From the sequence record MK308675.1: a stretch of 64,000 bases of DNA. One strand, given 5' to 3'. This document shows, piece after piece, positions 18,898 through 28,698 of this stretch. Numbering within the stretch: the stretch's first letter is position 1; each line of letters starts with the position of its first letter. A model generated the notes under the pieces. It was not told where the DNA came from. It did no database searches and saw nothing but the letters and a program-made list of their open reading frames with translations. The translations under genes and the position numbers were made by a program.

Positions 18898-19840
18898 TCC
18901 AGATACAATCGTCATAAGTACCAAGTCTGACTTTGATGAGGTAAATACCGACATAGGTGATGCGGCAGCCGGATTAGTTAAAAGAGTCAACGACTTAGAG
19001 CTTTCTGGTGGCAATAAGCCTTATGAGAAACTTACATCGAGTTTAGATTTAAACTCGCTACAGGAAGACGGCGGATATTTTGCTACGGCCGTGACGAACG
19101 GTCCTCCGATGACAGCATTTGAAAACACGCACTATCCAAACTTTATGATTGAAGTGTCGTCTACCGCATCAAGCGGTGCGCGCATCATGAAAAAGAAACT
19201 CTATTGGATATCTGTTAACGGTTTTCAGGTTATATGGCAAAGAACTTATTCAGTGGCAGCAGATGACACCGTTACGGCGGACGATGACTGGGAAGAAATA
19301 ATACAGTCTCAATATTCTGGTTTACCGCGCGGAAAAGAATATGAGCTCGATAAGATGGAAAGTGGTGGCATCATAACTTTCACTACCAGCGATAACTTAG
19401 AAAGAACCGGATGGCTCTTAAGGAACTTTAGTTCAGCCATTACCGCTAACAGCGTACCTGCCTTAAGTATCCGAGTTAGATATCGTTATAACTCCGATAA
19501 CCAGAGACAATATAAACTGGAACTGGTTACAGTGGCCGATTGGCTGGTTGCCTCAGCGTCTCTTTCTATAGGAGAAGCTACATCAACGGGTTCCGGCTCA
19601 CATACCGAATTCTGCGATGAGTCATCTAGCATTGTACGTAACAACAATGAAATGGTTCTTTTCGACTGGATGGATTCACGTCGTGCAGTACACGGGACCA
19701 TTATGGTTGTTAACAACATCATTTCTGTTCCTACATCTGTGACGTTAGAACTCACTACATACATTATCGACACCAACCGGGTGGCGTTACATGTTCGTGA
19801 AGTTTCAGCAGACCAAGCCGAACTAAGTTACCTACCATAA
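18890..19840 (+). CDS. tail fibre/receptor-binding paralog 3
   Basis: shared N-terminus, divergent C-terminus. Confidence 0.6.
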   Translation: MSSPDTIVISTKSDFDEVNTDIGDAAAGLVKRVNDLELSGGNKPYEKLTSSLDLNSLQEDGGYFATAVTNGPPMTAFENTHYPNFMIEVSSTASSGARIMKKKLYWISVNGFQVIWQRTYSVAADDTVTADDDWEEIIQSQYSGLPRGKEYELDKMESGGIITFTTSDNLERTGWLLRNFSSAITANSVPALSIRVRYRYNSDNQRQYKLELVTVADWLVASASLSIGEATSTGSGSHTEFCDESSSIVRNNNEMVLFDWMDSRRAVHGTIMVVNNIISVPTSVTLELTTYIIDTNRVALHVREVSADQAELSYLP

Positions 19841-19847
19841 ATAAAAA

Positions 19848-19879
19848 TAGTATCTCTCTGTTTCGGTAGAGAGATACTA
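19848..19879 (+). terminator. intrinsic terminator
   Basis: TAGTATCTCTCT stem, TTCG-containing loop, T run downstream. Confidence 0.75.
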
Positions 19880-19984
19880 ATCTTTTTTAACAGGTGCCTT
19901 TAATAAGAGACAAATCTTTTAGAGAGAACTCTCTCCAACAAACCACCACACACGTCTTTAAGACAATATAAGGGAAGCTTAATT

Positions 19985-20506
19985 ATGGGTTTCACAACAG
20001 TTTCTAATACTGCCTTTTTCGGAGGAGGCGGTGGTCCTGGCGGCGATGATGCGGGCTATTCGCGTGTTTCATATTCGGCCGATGCGCGAGATATTAGCGC
20101 AGATACTTGGACCGGTCTTTTTCCCGGAGGCACGGTGCTCTCCAATGAAAGAGGCATGCCGGCAGGCGTCTCCGGTATAATCAACCCTAGCGGCATCAAT
20201 CCGGGAACATTATCCGTAGATGACGTAATGGATTTTGAAGTTAACTTCTCTGTTACGCCAGAAATAAATAACTGCGATGTAAAAGTCCGCCTCACTTTCA
20301 CCCGAGGTGGCGAAACCATAACCTTCGAAGAAGACTTAGAAAAACTAAGCAAAGGTGCTGGTGAAGAATATTCATTAAAAGCCGGATGGACGCTTCCGTT
20401 TGAAGACAGCGACATGATAGGCAATCCAGTTAGTGTTGAAGTTTTAACTTCGGCGCCATGCGCATTAAAAACAAAAACTTGCGTGGCGTACCTAACAAGA
20501 ACATAA
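19985..20506 (+). CDS. putative structural protein (beta-sandwich)
   Basis: late motif at 19913; Gly-rich N-terminus, beta-rich body. Confidence 0.6.
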   Translation: MGFTTVSNTAFFGGGGGPGGDDAGYSRVSYSADARDISADTWTGLFPGGTVLSNERGMPAGVSGIINPSGINPGTLSVDDVMDFEVNFSVTPEINNCDVKVRLTFTRGGETITFEEDLEKLSKGAGEEYSLKAGWTLPFEDSDMIGNPVSVEVLTSAPCALKTKTCVAYLTRT

Positions 20507-20716
20507 CCACAAAACATTTAAAAACATCTCCTGGGATTTCTTTTTTCATTCCTTTTAGGTTACGACTTTCTAGTAACCAACAATTCTTTTATACTATAAC
20601 CCTTTTCCTTTTTTCCTGTGAGAAGTGCTATACGTTTTTCCCTAACTATACCACTATTGCGCTCTTATTGATAAATGATAAGATTCTTCAAACCTTTCTC
20701 TGTCGAGGGGCAAAGA

Positions 20717-21892
20717 ATGAATATTAAAGTTGAAGTAGGTACCCTAGTTACACATCTAACGATTGGGTCAATTGTACTTAACGTCACGGGCTCTACGCAT
20801 GAACTCGTTGACTTAAGCGGGGATAATTCTGGCGACCCCGTGACGATACGTCGCAAAGACAACCAGCAAAAAGAAATTAAATCGGCAGCTTTGTCCGACT
20901 TTAAACAAAGCGATGGCTCCACTGCCCTCTTAACAGAAACAGGCATTAATGGCTTTAATGAACTAAAAGGCATCTTGTTTGACGACAATGCTTTGGACGC
21001 CAGCGACATTGAAGACTTTACGTCCGCTGTTCAAGCTGTAGCGGGTTCAGGCGGAGGAACGTTCCCTTCTAGTGGCGATGCAGGTACCCCGGCGGATTCT
21101 ACAGTCAGTCCTATTACCGGTAAGACCTTTGGTGACATCCAAGGTAAAGGCGTTGCGGAAGCAATCATGGAAGCATGGTTCCCTTCTGTTGTTCCCAACC
21201 AAGTAGCGCCTATTTTAGGTTTCACGTCTGGCTTAACAACAGCCGTTCTGGCCGGCAGCGATGTTTCTATGAATCTAGAATGGGCCTTTACGGCCAATGA
21301 TTCTCAGGGTAAAACACCAGACCCTTATGTTTTAACTGCTGCACCTGGCGTGGGAGCACCGACGGTTCTTAACCCGGCGGATACGGATACGATTGCCACT
21401 TTAAACTTAACCGACGTAACTTCTAACTACGTTATAAGCTTGGAAGGCGACTATTTAGAAGGTGTCGTGCCTCAGGATAATTACGGAAACGACCAACCGG
21501 GGTCGCGTTTACCTGCCGGTACAGCTCAGACTAGCTTTACGCTTATTCCTTTCTGGAAAACTCACCACGGCCTAGTAGCGACAAATACAGTTTTAGAAAC
21601 GGACTCGGCGCTTCTACGTACCCAGCTGAATAACCTATCTGGGGAACAACAAGGAGCTATGACGTCTTTCTCTAATTTGACTATCGGCGCAGGGCAAGAT
21701 TATCTAATTTGTATCCCTGGCACATACACTTCTGTAAATGCCGTCCGTGCCGGTTTCCCGGTTAACATCGCGTCAGTTGAAGGTCAAATCACGCCAGATA
21801 ACTACGCTGGGAGCGGGACCAATACATACACCGTTATACGCATCGAAGGACGGGCCGCTGACTCTGTTATCGATACATTGACTATATCTTAA
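20717..21892 (+). CDS. putative virion structural/fibre protein
   Basis: GAGGG SD before ATG 20717; T/S/G-rich, Ig-like composition. Confidence 0.65.
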   Translation: MNIKVEVGTLVTHLTIGSIVLNVTGSTHELVDLSGDNSGDPVTIRRKDNQQKEIKSAALSDFKQSDGSTALLTETGINGFNELKGILFDDNALDASDIEDFTSAVQAVAGSGGGTFPSSGDAGTPADSTVSPITGKTFGDIQGKGVAEAIMEAWFPSVVPNQVAPILGFTSGLTTAVLAGSDVSMNLEWAFTANDSQGKTPDPYVLTAAPGVGAPTVLNPADTDTIATLNLTDVTSNYVISLEGDYLEGVVPQDNYGNDQPGSRLPAGTAQTSFTLIPFWKTHHGLVATNTVLETDSALLRTQLNNLSGEQQGAMTSFSNLTIGAGQDYLICIPGTYTSVNAVRAGFPVNIASVEGQITPDNYAGSGTNTYTVIRIEGRAADSVIDTLTIS

Positions 21893-21902
21893 GGAGCTAG
21901 AC

Positions 21903-22124
21903 ATGTATATTGAAAAGTTTCCAGCTGCCTTTGAACCTTCCGTAAATGTACCCTTAGACAAAAGAACTAAGATAGCTGACATTACTTCGGCAGATGCCGT
22001 TTTCTTGGCAACAGCCTATGTGGGCCTTGTTGTTTATGATGAGGCTACAAGTACTCTTTTTAAAATCACTTCGACGGACGGCACACAAGACAACTTGACT
22101 TATGAAGAGTTAGGTGGCGGCTGA
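21903..22124 (+). CDS. small structural protein, possibly N-terminal part of a read-through product
   Basis: AAGGAG SD; F...PLD-x-R...Y-x-G-x-x-V motif seen in fibre N-termini; ends TGA in frame with next ORF. Confidence 0.7.
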   Translation: MYIEKFPAAFEPSVNVPLDKRTKIADITSADAVFLATAYVGLVVYDEATSTLFKITSTDGTQDNLTYEELGGG

Positions 22125-22172
22125 GTACCTACGTATTTTGCCGGACTTAGAACCACTGCTGACGAAGTCACT

Positions 22173-22706
22173 ATGTCTGCTTCTGGGTTTGAGGCACTCG
22201 CCCACGGCGGGGCTAAGCAAAACCAGGTCTTTTTCGATAGCGGGGAGGATGACCTAGGTGACCTCATTACTGCTCAGCCTATGTTGGCAACTATTCCTGC
22301 CGGGAGTTATAAGGTCGGAGACCAAATCCGTATAAAACGCGTGATGACCATTACGCCTCAAGTTAACGGTACTCGCGGCACTAAGAACGCATACCCTACG
22401 GGGGCAAGTGACCAATACGCCTTTGTTGTAGAAAATCCGCCTAGTTCTGCGTTCGAGTTAGGTTCTGGAATTGGCGGCGATACCCATCTATACCCTCGTA
22501 TCTTTAAAGAAGGCGCCGGGTATTGGGTAAGTAACCTAGGACATTCGCATGTAGTTGAAATTAACCACGGCCATGAGGCTAGTTTCTCAGGCTATCAAAC
22601 CACCATCAACGACTTAACTATTTCTTACAAGAAAGGGATGAGTCAGGCGGAAATTGATTTAAGGCAACCTACGTACTACTGTAATACCTTTATGGTTATT
22701 TACTAA
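22173..22706 (+). CDS. putative structural protein, possibly C-terminal part of a read-through product
   Basis: same frame as 21903-22124, no intervening stop other than TGA 22122, no clear SD. Confidence 0.55.
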   Translation: MSASGFEALAHGGAKQNQVFFDSGEDDLGDLITAQPMLATIPAGSYKVGDQIRIKRVMTITPQVNGTRGTKNAYPTGASDQYAFVVENPPSSAFELGSGIGGDTHLYPRIFKEGAGYWVSNLGHSHVVEINHGHEASFSGYQTTINDLTISYKKGMSQAEIDLRQPTYYCNTFMVIY

Positions 22707-22720
22707 AGAAAATAAGAAAC

Positions 22721-22746
22721 TCCCTCTAGTCCTAGGACTAGAGGGA
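22721..22746. terminator. bidirectional terminator, 26-bp perfect palindrome
   Basis: TCCCTCTAGTCCTAGGACTAGAGGGA between convergent genes. Confidence 0.75.
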
Positions 22747-22752
22747 TTATTT

Positions 22753-24138
22753 CTATTTGTCTTCTTTTAGGCAGATGGTTTGGTCTGCGCGGCGGACATC
22801 TAACTTATCGATTTCGTCACGGTAACCATGTAGTTTAAAGCCAAGGTTAAGCGTTTCCATTTTGTTGAGCATGTCTTGAGCAATGCGTCGCACCGTCGGA
22901 TGGACAGTAGGCCCGGACCTAAGCTCGGCCGTATAAACAGCATTGTCGATTGGGTAAGACGTTTCCGTTGCAACGCGGTAACCCATCGGTATGATGTATT
23001 CCCAGTCCCAATGTTCGTTGTCGCCCCAGCCATGTACCGTTAAGTCCATGTAGGTCTTGTGGATTTTATCCAGTAAAGCTTCTACGATAGAACGAGCTTC
23101 TTCAGGCATTTGCTCTAGGTACCACGGTTCGAAACCAATCTGTGTGCCTAGCGGACTACGAGAAGTATTGCCTTTACGATGGCGGTTTAGGTCACGGTAA
23201 CCGCCGAAGTCAACATTGTAGTTGAACTTAAGACGTCCGAAGTTACCTAGGTAGTCGGCCAGAGGAGCATACTTAGGGCGCTCTGCTAGATGACGTGCCC
23301 ATTGTTGGATGCCTACAGAGTCCAGTAGACGAGAGTCCATATGAACCTGTCCGATGGCATCACGATGTGTTGGTGGGACAGCTGCGCTCGGCATCATCTG
23401 ATGGTTAGCGCGGTGCTGCATAGACGCCCACATAGCGATGTCGTCCGTTAGCGAAGTAAACGACTCTGGGTAGCGTTCACAAAGACTAGCGTGCATGTCA
23501 CGAGCCATCAGGCGCACTTCTTCGTTAGGGTGGCCCCATAGAACACGAAGGACGTAAGAAGCGTTCTGTAGGTCTACGTCCCAAACGCCTACAGTTTTAC
23601 AACCAGCAGGAAGAAGAGAGCGACAGATGTCAAACTTACGAGCGTTCAATGTAGCGTCCCATTTCTTATCGCTTACGCCTTCTGGTTTAGTTAGCGTAGC
23701 TTTAAGATGGTCGAACACCATAGGCTGGATGATTTCGTAGACAGACATTGTCTCTTCAATCAGTGGACGGAAACGTTCCATTGTTTCGGGTAGATAAACG
23801 CCTTCTGCTTCAAAAGGAATATATCGTGTAGAAGCTTCAGTGCCTTTATAAAGAGGATTAAGGTTTTGCAGTTCGTTAATAGCAATCATAGAGACGCCAG
23901 AAACGAAGACTTTCGTGTGTCCCTGTTTGCCTACCGATTCGTGACCATAGCCCAAATAAATCGATTTCATGAAGCGCTCAGGGCCTTCGGCCATAACTTT
24001 GGCAAGGTTGCCTTTAGGCCCTTCCTGAGAGCGAGAACAAAGAGCAGACAACATGGCGGATGCTTGAGCGTCTAGATTGTAGTCGGCTGCGTCGACAACG
24101 CTAACTTGACGTTCTGCTGTTTCTGATTTAAATGTCAT
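22753..24138 (-). CDS. thyX: flavin-dependent thymidylate synthase (long, two-domain type)
   Basis: GYGHESV, EASTRY and DFGGYRDLNRHR motifs; C-terminal ELRSGPTVHPTVR. Confidence 0.8.
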   Translation of the reverse strand: MTFKSETAERQVSVVDAADYNLDAQASAMLSALCSRSQEGPKGNLAKVMAEGPERFMKSIYLGYGHESVGKQGHTKVFVSGVSMIAINELQNLNPLYKGTEASTRYIPFEAEGVYLPETMERFRPLIEETMSVYEIIQPMVFDHLKATLTKPEGVSDKKWDATLNARKFDICRSLLPAGCKTVGVWDVDLQNASYVLRVLWGHPNEEVRLMARDMHASLCERYPESFTSLTDDIAMWASMQHRANHQMMPSAAVPPTHRDAIGQVHMDSRLLDSVGIQQWARHLAERPKYAPLADYLGNFGRLKFNYNVDFGGYRDLNRHRKGNTSRSPLGTQIGFEPWYLEQMPEEARSIVEALLDKIHKTYMDLTVHGWGDNEHWDWEYIIPMGYRVATETSYPIDNAVYTAELRSGPTVHPTVRRIAQDMLNKMETLNLGFKLHGYRDEIDKLDVRRADQTICLKEDK

Positions 24139-24899
24139 TATTCTATCTCTTTTAGTAGTGCGGATTGTTCGCGATATTTATTAAAATGGTCAGCCCAAAG
24201 CATTTCGATTACGTTCGGTTTAAGCTGACGATGTGCCTCAATTAATGTCTCTAGTCTTTCTTTTCTGCATGACCAATAATAGTCGAAAGCCAGACGCAAA
24301 GTTGGAAAGGTTCGATTCTTTCCGTTTCTTGGGTTAACATTATAGATAACGTTTTCGTTGGACGAGTTACCTTTTGGGTAAATGCCGGTTAACTTCCCTG
24401 CTGTATTTCTTTCGGCCAGAGAAGCATTGATGGCTCTAGGTAATAAGACGCAGGTTTCGGGAGAATAGAGTCGAAGTCCTTGTCCCACGAGGTCTTTGTC
24501 CACTTCCCAGACATCTTTACCTGTAGGTTGATTTTCTGTAAACCACTTTGCCCAGACTTGAAAATTCCACCAAGATTTGTCTACTTCGACGCCTTTATAA
24601 AACAACCACCTAGGGCCTTTCTCATCATAGCACCTTTGGAACGTATTTCTCCATATGTTAAATAAATGCTTGCCTCGAAAGCGCGTCTTTGATGTAAAGT
24701 CACCTTCTCCTAGAAAGCCCCTTCCGTAGACGGATGGGAAATAGGGGTCTCGTAGTTGTCCGTTCTCAGCCTTGTGTTTCGTCGTCCACTTAACGTAGCC
24801 GGTAAGGAGAAAGGAGACCCTTACCCGTTTACAGGTAACAATTTCTTCTATCCTAAAAGAACCTGTTCTCTGTGAAGCGTAGGTATCTCCTATATTCAT
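24138..24899 (-). mobile_element. free-standing HNH-type homing endonuclease gene
   Basis: SVYGRGFLG, IWRNTFQRCY, DKSWWNFQ-x-WAKW, DKDL...YSPETCVLLP-x-x-IN motifs typical of phage HNH-family endonucleases. Confidence 0.7.
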
Positions 24900-24910
24900 A
24901 ATCTATTTCT

Positions 24911-25495
24911 CTATTCTGCATCAAGAGGAGCGTCTGCGTCACTGAGTCCGTTCTCTCTTGCTGCTTTCTTTTGTTGATTGATAAGTTGGAAATCGGAAGG
25001 GATGTACTTAGGGCGGATGTGTCCGTAATCTAGCATAACCGGGCGCGTTACTCCTTCGTGGGTTAACATGCCCCAGTTAGCATCGTGTACGTCTTCCAGG
25101 AAGTCTGGAATCATCTCCGGGATATCTTCCGGAGCGATAGGGTCGCACTTAAGCATGACTAAGTAACGGCCGCAATCTGAAATATCCGCAACGGGACAGA
25201 ACCACTTAGCTAGCTCCGGCTTGTCCCTTACTTGAGACCACACGTCCCATTCTCGAATGTTATCCGAGATTCCATAGAAACGTCCGCTTTCATAGAAGCA
25301 AGCTACCTTGACGACCTTAGGTTGACTGTAGTTGTCTTCTTTACCTTCTCCTAATAAAGGAGAGCGCATTGAAAAGCAGAACTTACCTCCGTTTAAGTCA
25401 AAGACCTTTCTAGAGGTTCCTTTTGGATAAGCGTGAGGTAAAAGAAACTTAAGTAAGTCCTCTTTATCCTCAGGCAATATGTCACCGTTGCGCAT
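24911..25495 (-). CDS. protein kinase-like fold protein
   Basis: KGTSRKVF, VVKVA, N-x-x-EW, catalytic-loop DVHDANWG and DYG motifs. Confidence 0.65.
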   Translation of the reverse strand: MRNGDILPEDKEDLLKFLLPHAYPKGTSRKVFDLNGGKFCFSMRSPLLGEGKEDNYSQPKVVKVACFYESGRFYGISDNIREWDVWSQVRDKPELAKWFCPVADISDCGRYLVMLKCDPIAPEDIPEMIPDFLEDVHDANWGMLTHEGVTRPVMLDYGHIRPKYIPSDFQLINQQKKAARENGLSDADAPLDAE

Positions 25496-25503
25496 AGTTT
25501 ACC

Positions 25504-26130
25504 TTACAAGAAATGATTGATGCGACGATACGCCATTAGCATGCAGCCCACTGCGGTATCAACTTCTTTATTAATTGACCATGTTTGCATGACTTCGTCC
25601 CACACATATGGGAACGCGGCTTTATCTGCCTTGGTTAGGAGACGATATTCTCGAGGAGGACATTTATTTCCTCGGCAACGGGCCACCGACCATTCAAGTC
25701 CATCTAGCGGAAGGTAGTTACACATCAATCCTTCGACGCAAGTTTTATCCGATAATTCCGGAACGCACTGGTTGTCGACAATAGCGATGAAGTCGGCTGA
25801 CGTACTTGCATATGCCACCATGATTTCTATGCTCATTGAGGCAATTTCTACATGAGGGATAACCACAACTTTAATAAAGCCGTTTTCAGCTTTTATAGCT
25901 AGACGGAATAGACCATCCCGATAGACTTCTTTATAGTAGTCTTCGTTCAGTACGCCACCCGTGAAGGTTAAAGGCATCGTTGTGCCGTCCGCTTCGGTTA
26001 GCGTGATAGTGAACTGGTCGGAAATAGCAGCTACCTTCACGTCGTGATAAGGCGGCTTCCATTCAAAGCGTTGAACTTGTCCGGCTTTACCGGACAGTTC
26101 TAGCTCTTCAATGATTCTGCGAGCTTCCAT
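25504..26130 (-). CDS. hypothetical protein
   Basis: 208-aa ORF in operon. Confidence 0.75.
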   Translation of the reverse strand: MEARRIIEELELSGKAGQVQRFEWKPPYHDVKVAAISDQFTITLTEADGTTMPLTFTGGVLNEDYYKEVYRDGLFRLAIKAENGFIKVVVIPHVEIASMSIEIMVAYASTSADFIAIVDNQCVPELSDKTCVEGLMCNYLPLDGLEWSVARCRGNKCPPREYRLLTKADKAAFPYVWDEVMQTWSINKEVDTAVGCMLMAYRRINHFL

Positions 26131-26132
26131 AG

Positions 26133-27314
26133 TTAACCTGCTTGTATGGTTTCAGTGCGGTTATCCGTAAGGAAGACGACGAGAGGTGAGCCGTAGCCTT
26201 TCTCGGGCATGTCAACGACATATTCGCAGTCGTTGGATACCTGGCTGCGTTTAATGACATCGAACTCTTCCCATTCATCGGTGGCTAGATTCTTAGCCAT
26301 AGCGCCCTCAATGCGAGTGGTGTCCGGACACGCGGAAGCGCGATAGTGGTTCGAGTATAAGTTCTTAAGGGAGAATGTCCGGCCCATGATTTGGTTAGCT
26401 TCAAACGGAAGGTCGCTCTTGCACGTCAGGACGTCTACTTTCAATACAGAGTCTGCATCGCCAACCGAATTTGCCATCAGTGCGATACGTGAAAGCGCGC
26501 GCCCTGCTTTGCCGCTCGAAAGATTCCAAGATAGGTGACAATCCTCAGTCAAGACAGAGCAGCTTGTTCTTCTTTCAAAGGTTACCGGAATTCGAGCAAT
26601 AGCGTCTTTTGTTGGGACGTCTACTTGGACCACCGAAATCGGGAAGTCGCCTATCTTTTCGATGCGACCTACCATTTCACCAGCTGGCACGTCTAGTTCA
26701 AATCTTACTACTTTCATTTTCTCTGTTCCTTCCTCGCTGCCGCCTTTCTCGCGACTCTTAAGTTCTTTCCAAACACGGTAACCTTTAAGGTTAAGTGCGT
26801 TGTCACCGTGCTCACCGTTAACTACGATGCGCACACATAGTTCATGACCGTATAGTTCCGACTTACCACACTTACTTACGGCGTTACCGTCGAACAGCGG
26901 ACCTTTAGCCATTTGCTCTAGTACTTCTTCTGCTTCCCCAGAAAGAGTATCTGCGATGTAAAGCACTTCTGCTTCCATGATGATGTCTTCAGCTTCAGCG
27001 AAGATTGAGTTGTACTCGCTACGGATATACTCCATGCCATAAATCGCGATTTCCGGACGGCACATCAGGACTTGAAGAGTCTCTACGCAGTCTTCGCAGA
27101 AGTTATCGTTATAACGCTCTAACATGAAGGCTTTAAACTTGATGATTTCTTTACTAAGTTTGACGTAGTCTTTTACCAAACTAGGGATGTCAACTTTAAT
27201 GCGGTGAGCTTCTAGTTTAGCGACTAGCTCTTTCTCGTCGTAGACTTTACCTGACTCAGAAATGCGACTGTGAAGAAAAGAAGGATTAATCCCTTTTAAG
27301 TGTTTTAAGTACAT
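26133..27314 (-). CDS. hypothetical protein
   Basis: 393-aa ORF, AGGAG SD. Confidence 0.8.
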   Translation of the reverse strand: MYLKHLKGINPSFLHSRISESGKVYDEKELVAKLEAHRIKVDIPSLVKDYVKLSKEIIKFKAFMLERYNDNFCEDCVETLQVLMCRPEIAIYGMEYIRSEYNSIFAEAEDIIMEAEVLYIADTLSGEAEEVLEQMAKGPLFDGNAVSKCGKSELYGHELCVRIVVNGEHGDNALNLKGYRVWKELKSREKGGSEEGTEKMKVVRFELDVPAGEMVGRIEKIGDFPISVVQVDVPTKDAIARIPVTFERRTSCSVLTEDCHLSWNLSSGKAGRALSRIALMANSVGDADSVLKVDVLTCKSDLPFEANQIMGRTFSLKNLYSNHYRASACPDTTRIEGAMAKNLATDEWEEFDVIKRSQVSNDCEYVVDMPEKGYGSPLVVFLTDNRTETIQAG

Positions 27315-27371
27315 CGTGGTTCTCCTAAATAAGTTACATATTATCGCCGATGGCTCTTATTTTTAACACCA

Positions 27372-27387
27372 AATCTTATAGACCTTA
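27372..27387 (+). promoter_or_regulatory. late promoter motif AATCTTATAGACCTTA
   Basis: identical 16-mer at 50206-50221 (minus) upstream of the paralogous gene. Confidence 0.65.
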
Positions 27388-27408
27388 CTATTAACTTTAA
27401 GAGAGACC

Positions 27409-28650
27409 ATGACAATGGATATCCGCGAATCGATTAATGCCGCACTAAATGCTAATCGCCTAGAAAACGCTGAAACATTTACTGTAGCCGAGACTCAGCA
27501 ACTTATGACTGAGTTCACTACTCTAGCTAAAGAACACTTCGAAGCATCTAACGTTCTAGCTGCTCTTGAGAGACTCATGGTTGAGTCTAAAGGTGCTAAG
27601 CCACAACTTGTACTGTCACAAGCAAACATGCTCTTAGGGGAGCGCTGGGAGCTTTCTCTACCTTCCATGGAATCGTACGACGAACTAACTACCGAAGTTG
27701 CAATGGAAGGTATTGTGGATGTCGGTAAGAAGATTCTTAAGTTCGTTAAAGACACAGCTAAGTCACTTAAGAAGAAAGGCAAGGTGTTCTTCCGTGCTTT
27801 AGGTAACCTATTCCGTAACGACTACCAAATCGCTCAAGACGTTCTAGCGGAGCTAAATGGTAAACCTGACTTTAAAGAAGGCGAACTTAGCTTTAGCGAC
27901 GGTGGTCAATTCTTCATGGGTGAAGGTGTGGAATACCGCACTGCTGCTGAAGTAGTGACTGCGATGGCTTCTAACATTCTTACTCTAGACGCTGAGCGTT
28001 TTAATAAGCTATTCTCAGATGCAGCTAAAGCAGTAGCATTTGCTGAGAACGATGCGGCCATGAATATCAGTGAAGTTACTAAGCACTGCATTGAGACCAT
28101 GAACCTCAATCATACTTCTGACCACGATGAGAAAGCGTACTACATCACTGACGGTAAAGTACCAGGTAGCTGGAAATACAGCGCAGTAACTGAGAAAGCA
28201 GTTGTGGGCGGTCAGATTGCCGAATTCCTTATGGAAGGCGACTCTATTCTGCCGCGCCGTCGCGGTGGCATTAAGATGCAGGCGATGACTGAAGAAGAAG
28301 TACGTGCAGTTTGTGACGTAATCATGAAGTACTCTCAGCATGGACAGAACTTAGTTTCCGTTATGGCTGACCGTTACTGGGATACTGTGGCTTACATGGA
28401 TAAAGTAGATAGCTCCATGTGGGAAACTCACGAGTACACGGATTACGAGAAAGACGAAGATGGTAACGATGTAGAAATCACTACGACCATCACTTACGAC
28501 TTAGCTCGCAATGAACAACACTGGAAAGCATACGTTCGCATTTCTAATGTGTTCTGGGTAACCATGCATTACCTAAACGCTCTATTCAGTCACGCTAGTA
28601 ACTGTAACAAAGCAATGGCCGAAATGGCTCAGTCTTCTTACGAAGTATAA
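27409..28650 (+). CDS. phiKZ-like internal head (virion) protein
   Basis: PSMES...ELTTEVAMEGI propeptide motif followed by Lys-rich amphipathic helix. Confidence 0.7.
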   Translation: MTMDIRESINAALNANRLENAETFTVAETQQLMTEFTTLAKEHFEASNVLAALERLMVESKGAKPQLVLSQANMLLGERWELSLPSMESYDELTTEVAMEGIVDVGKKILKFVKDTAKSLKKKGKVFFRALGNLFRNDYQIAQDVLAELNGKPDFKEGELSFSDGGQFFMGEGVEYRTAAEVVTAMASNILTLDAERFNKLFSDAAKAVAFAENDAAMNISEVTKHCIETMNLNHTSDHDEKAYYITDGKVPGSWKYSAVTEKAVVGGQIAEFLMEGDSILPRRRGGIKMQAMTEEEVRAVCDVIMKYSQHGQNLVSVMADRYWDTVAYMDKVDSSMWETHEYTDYEKDEDGNDVEITTTITYDLARNEQHWKAYVRISNVFWVTMHYLNALFSHASNCNKAMAEMAQSSYEV

Positions 28651-28667
28651 AAAGAAAAATAAGATAG

Positions 28668-28692
28668 CTCTCCTCTGCATTGCAGAGGAGAG
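28668..28692. terminator. bidirectional terminator, near-perfect palindrome
   Basis: CTCTCCTCTGCA-T-TGCAGAGGAGAG between convergent genes. Confidence 0.75.
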
Positions 28693-28698
28693 TATTAT

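Noticed and set aside
20507-20716. AT-rich low-complexity gap and ORF 20458-20727
   Set aside because: ORF has Phe/Ile-rich composition typical of T-rich noncoding DNA and no SD; no repeat structure to support an origin call.
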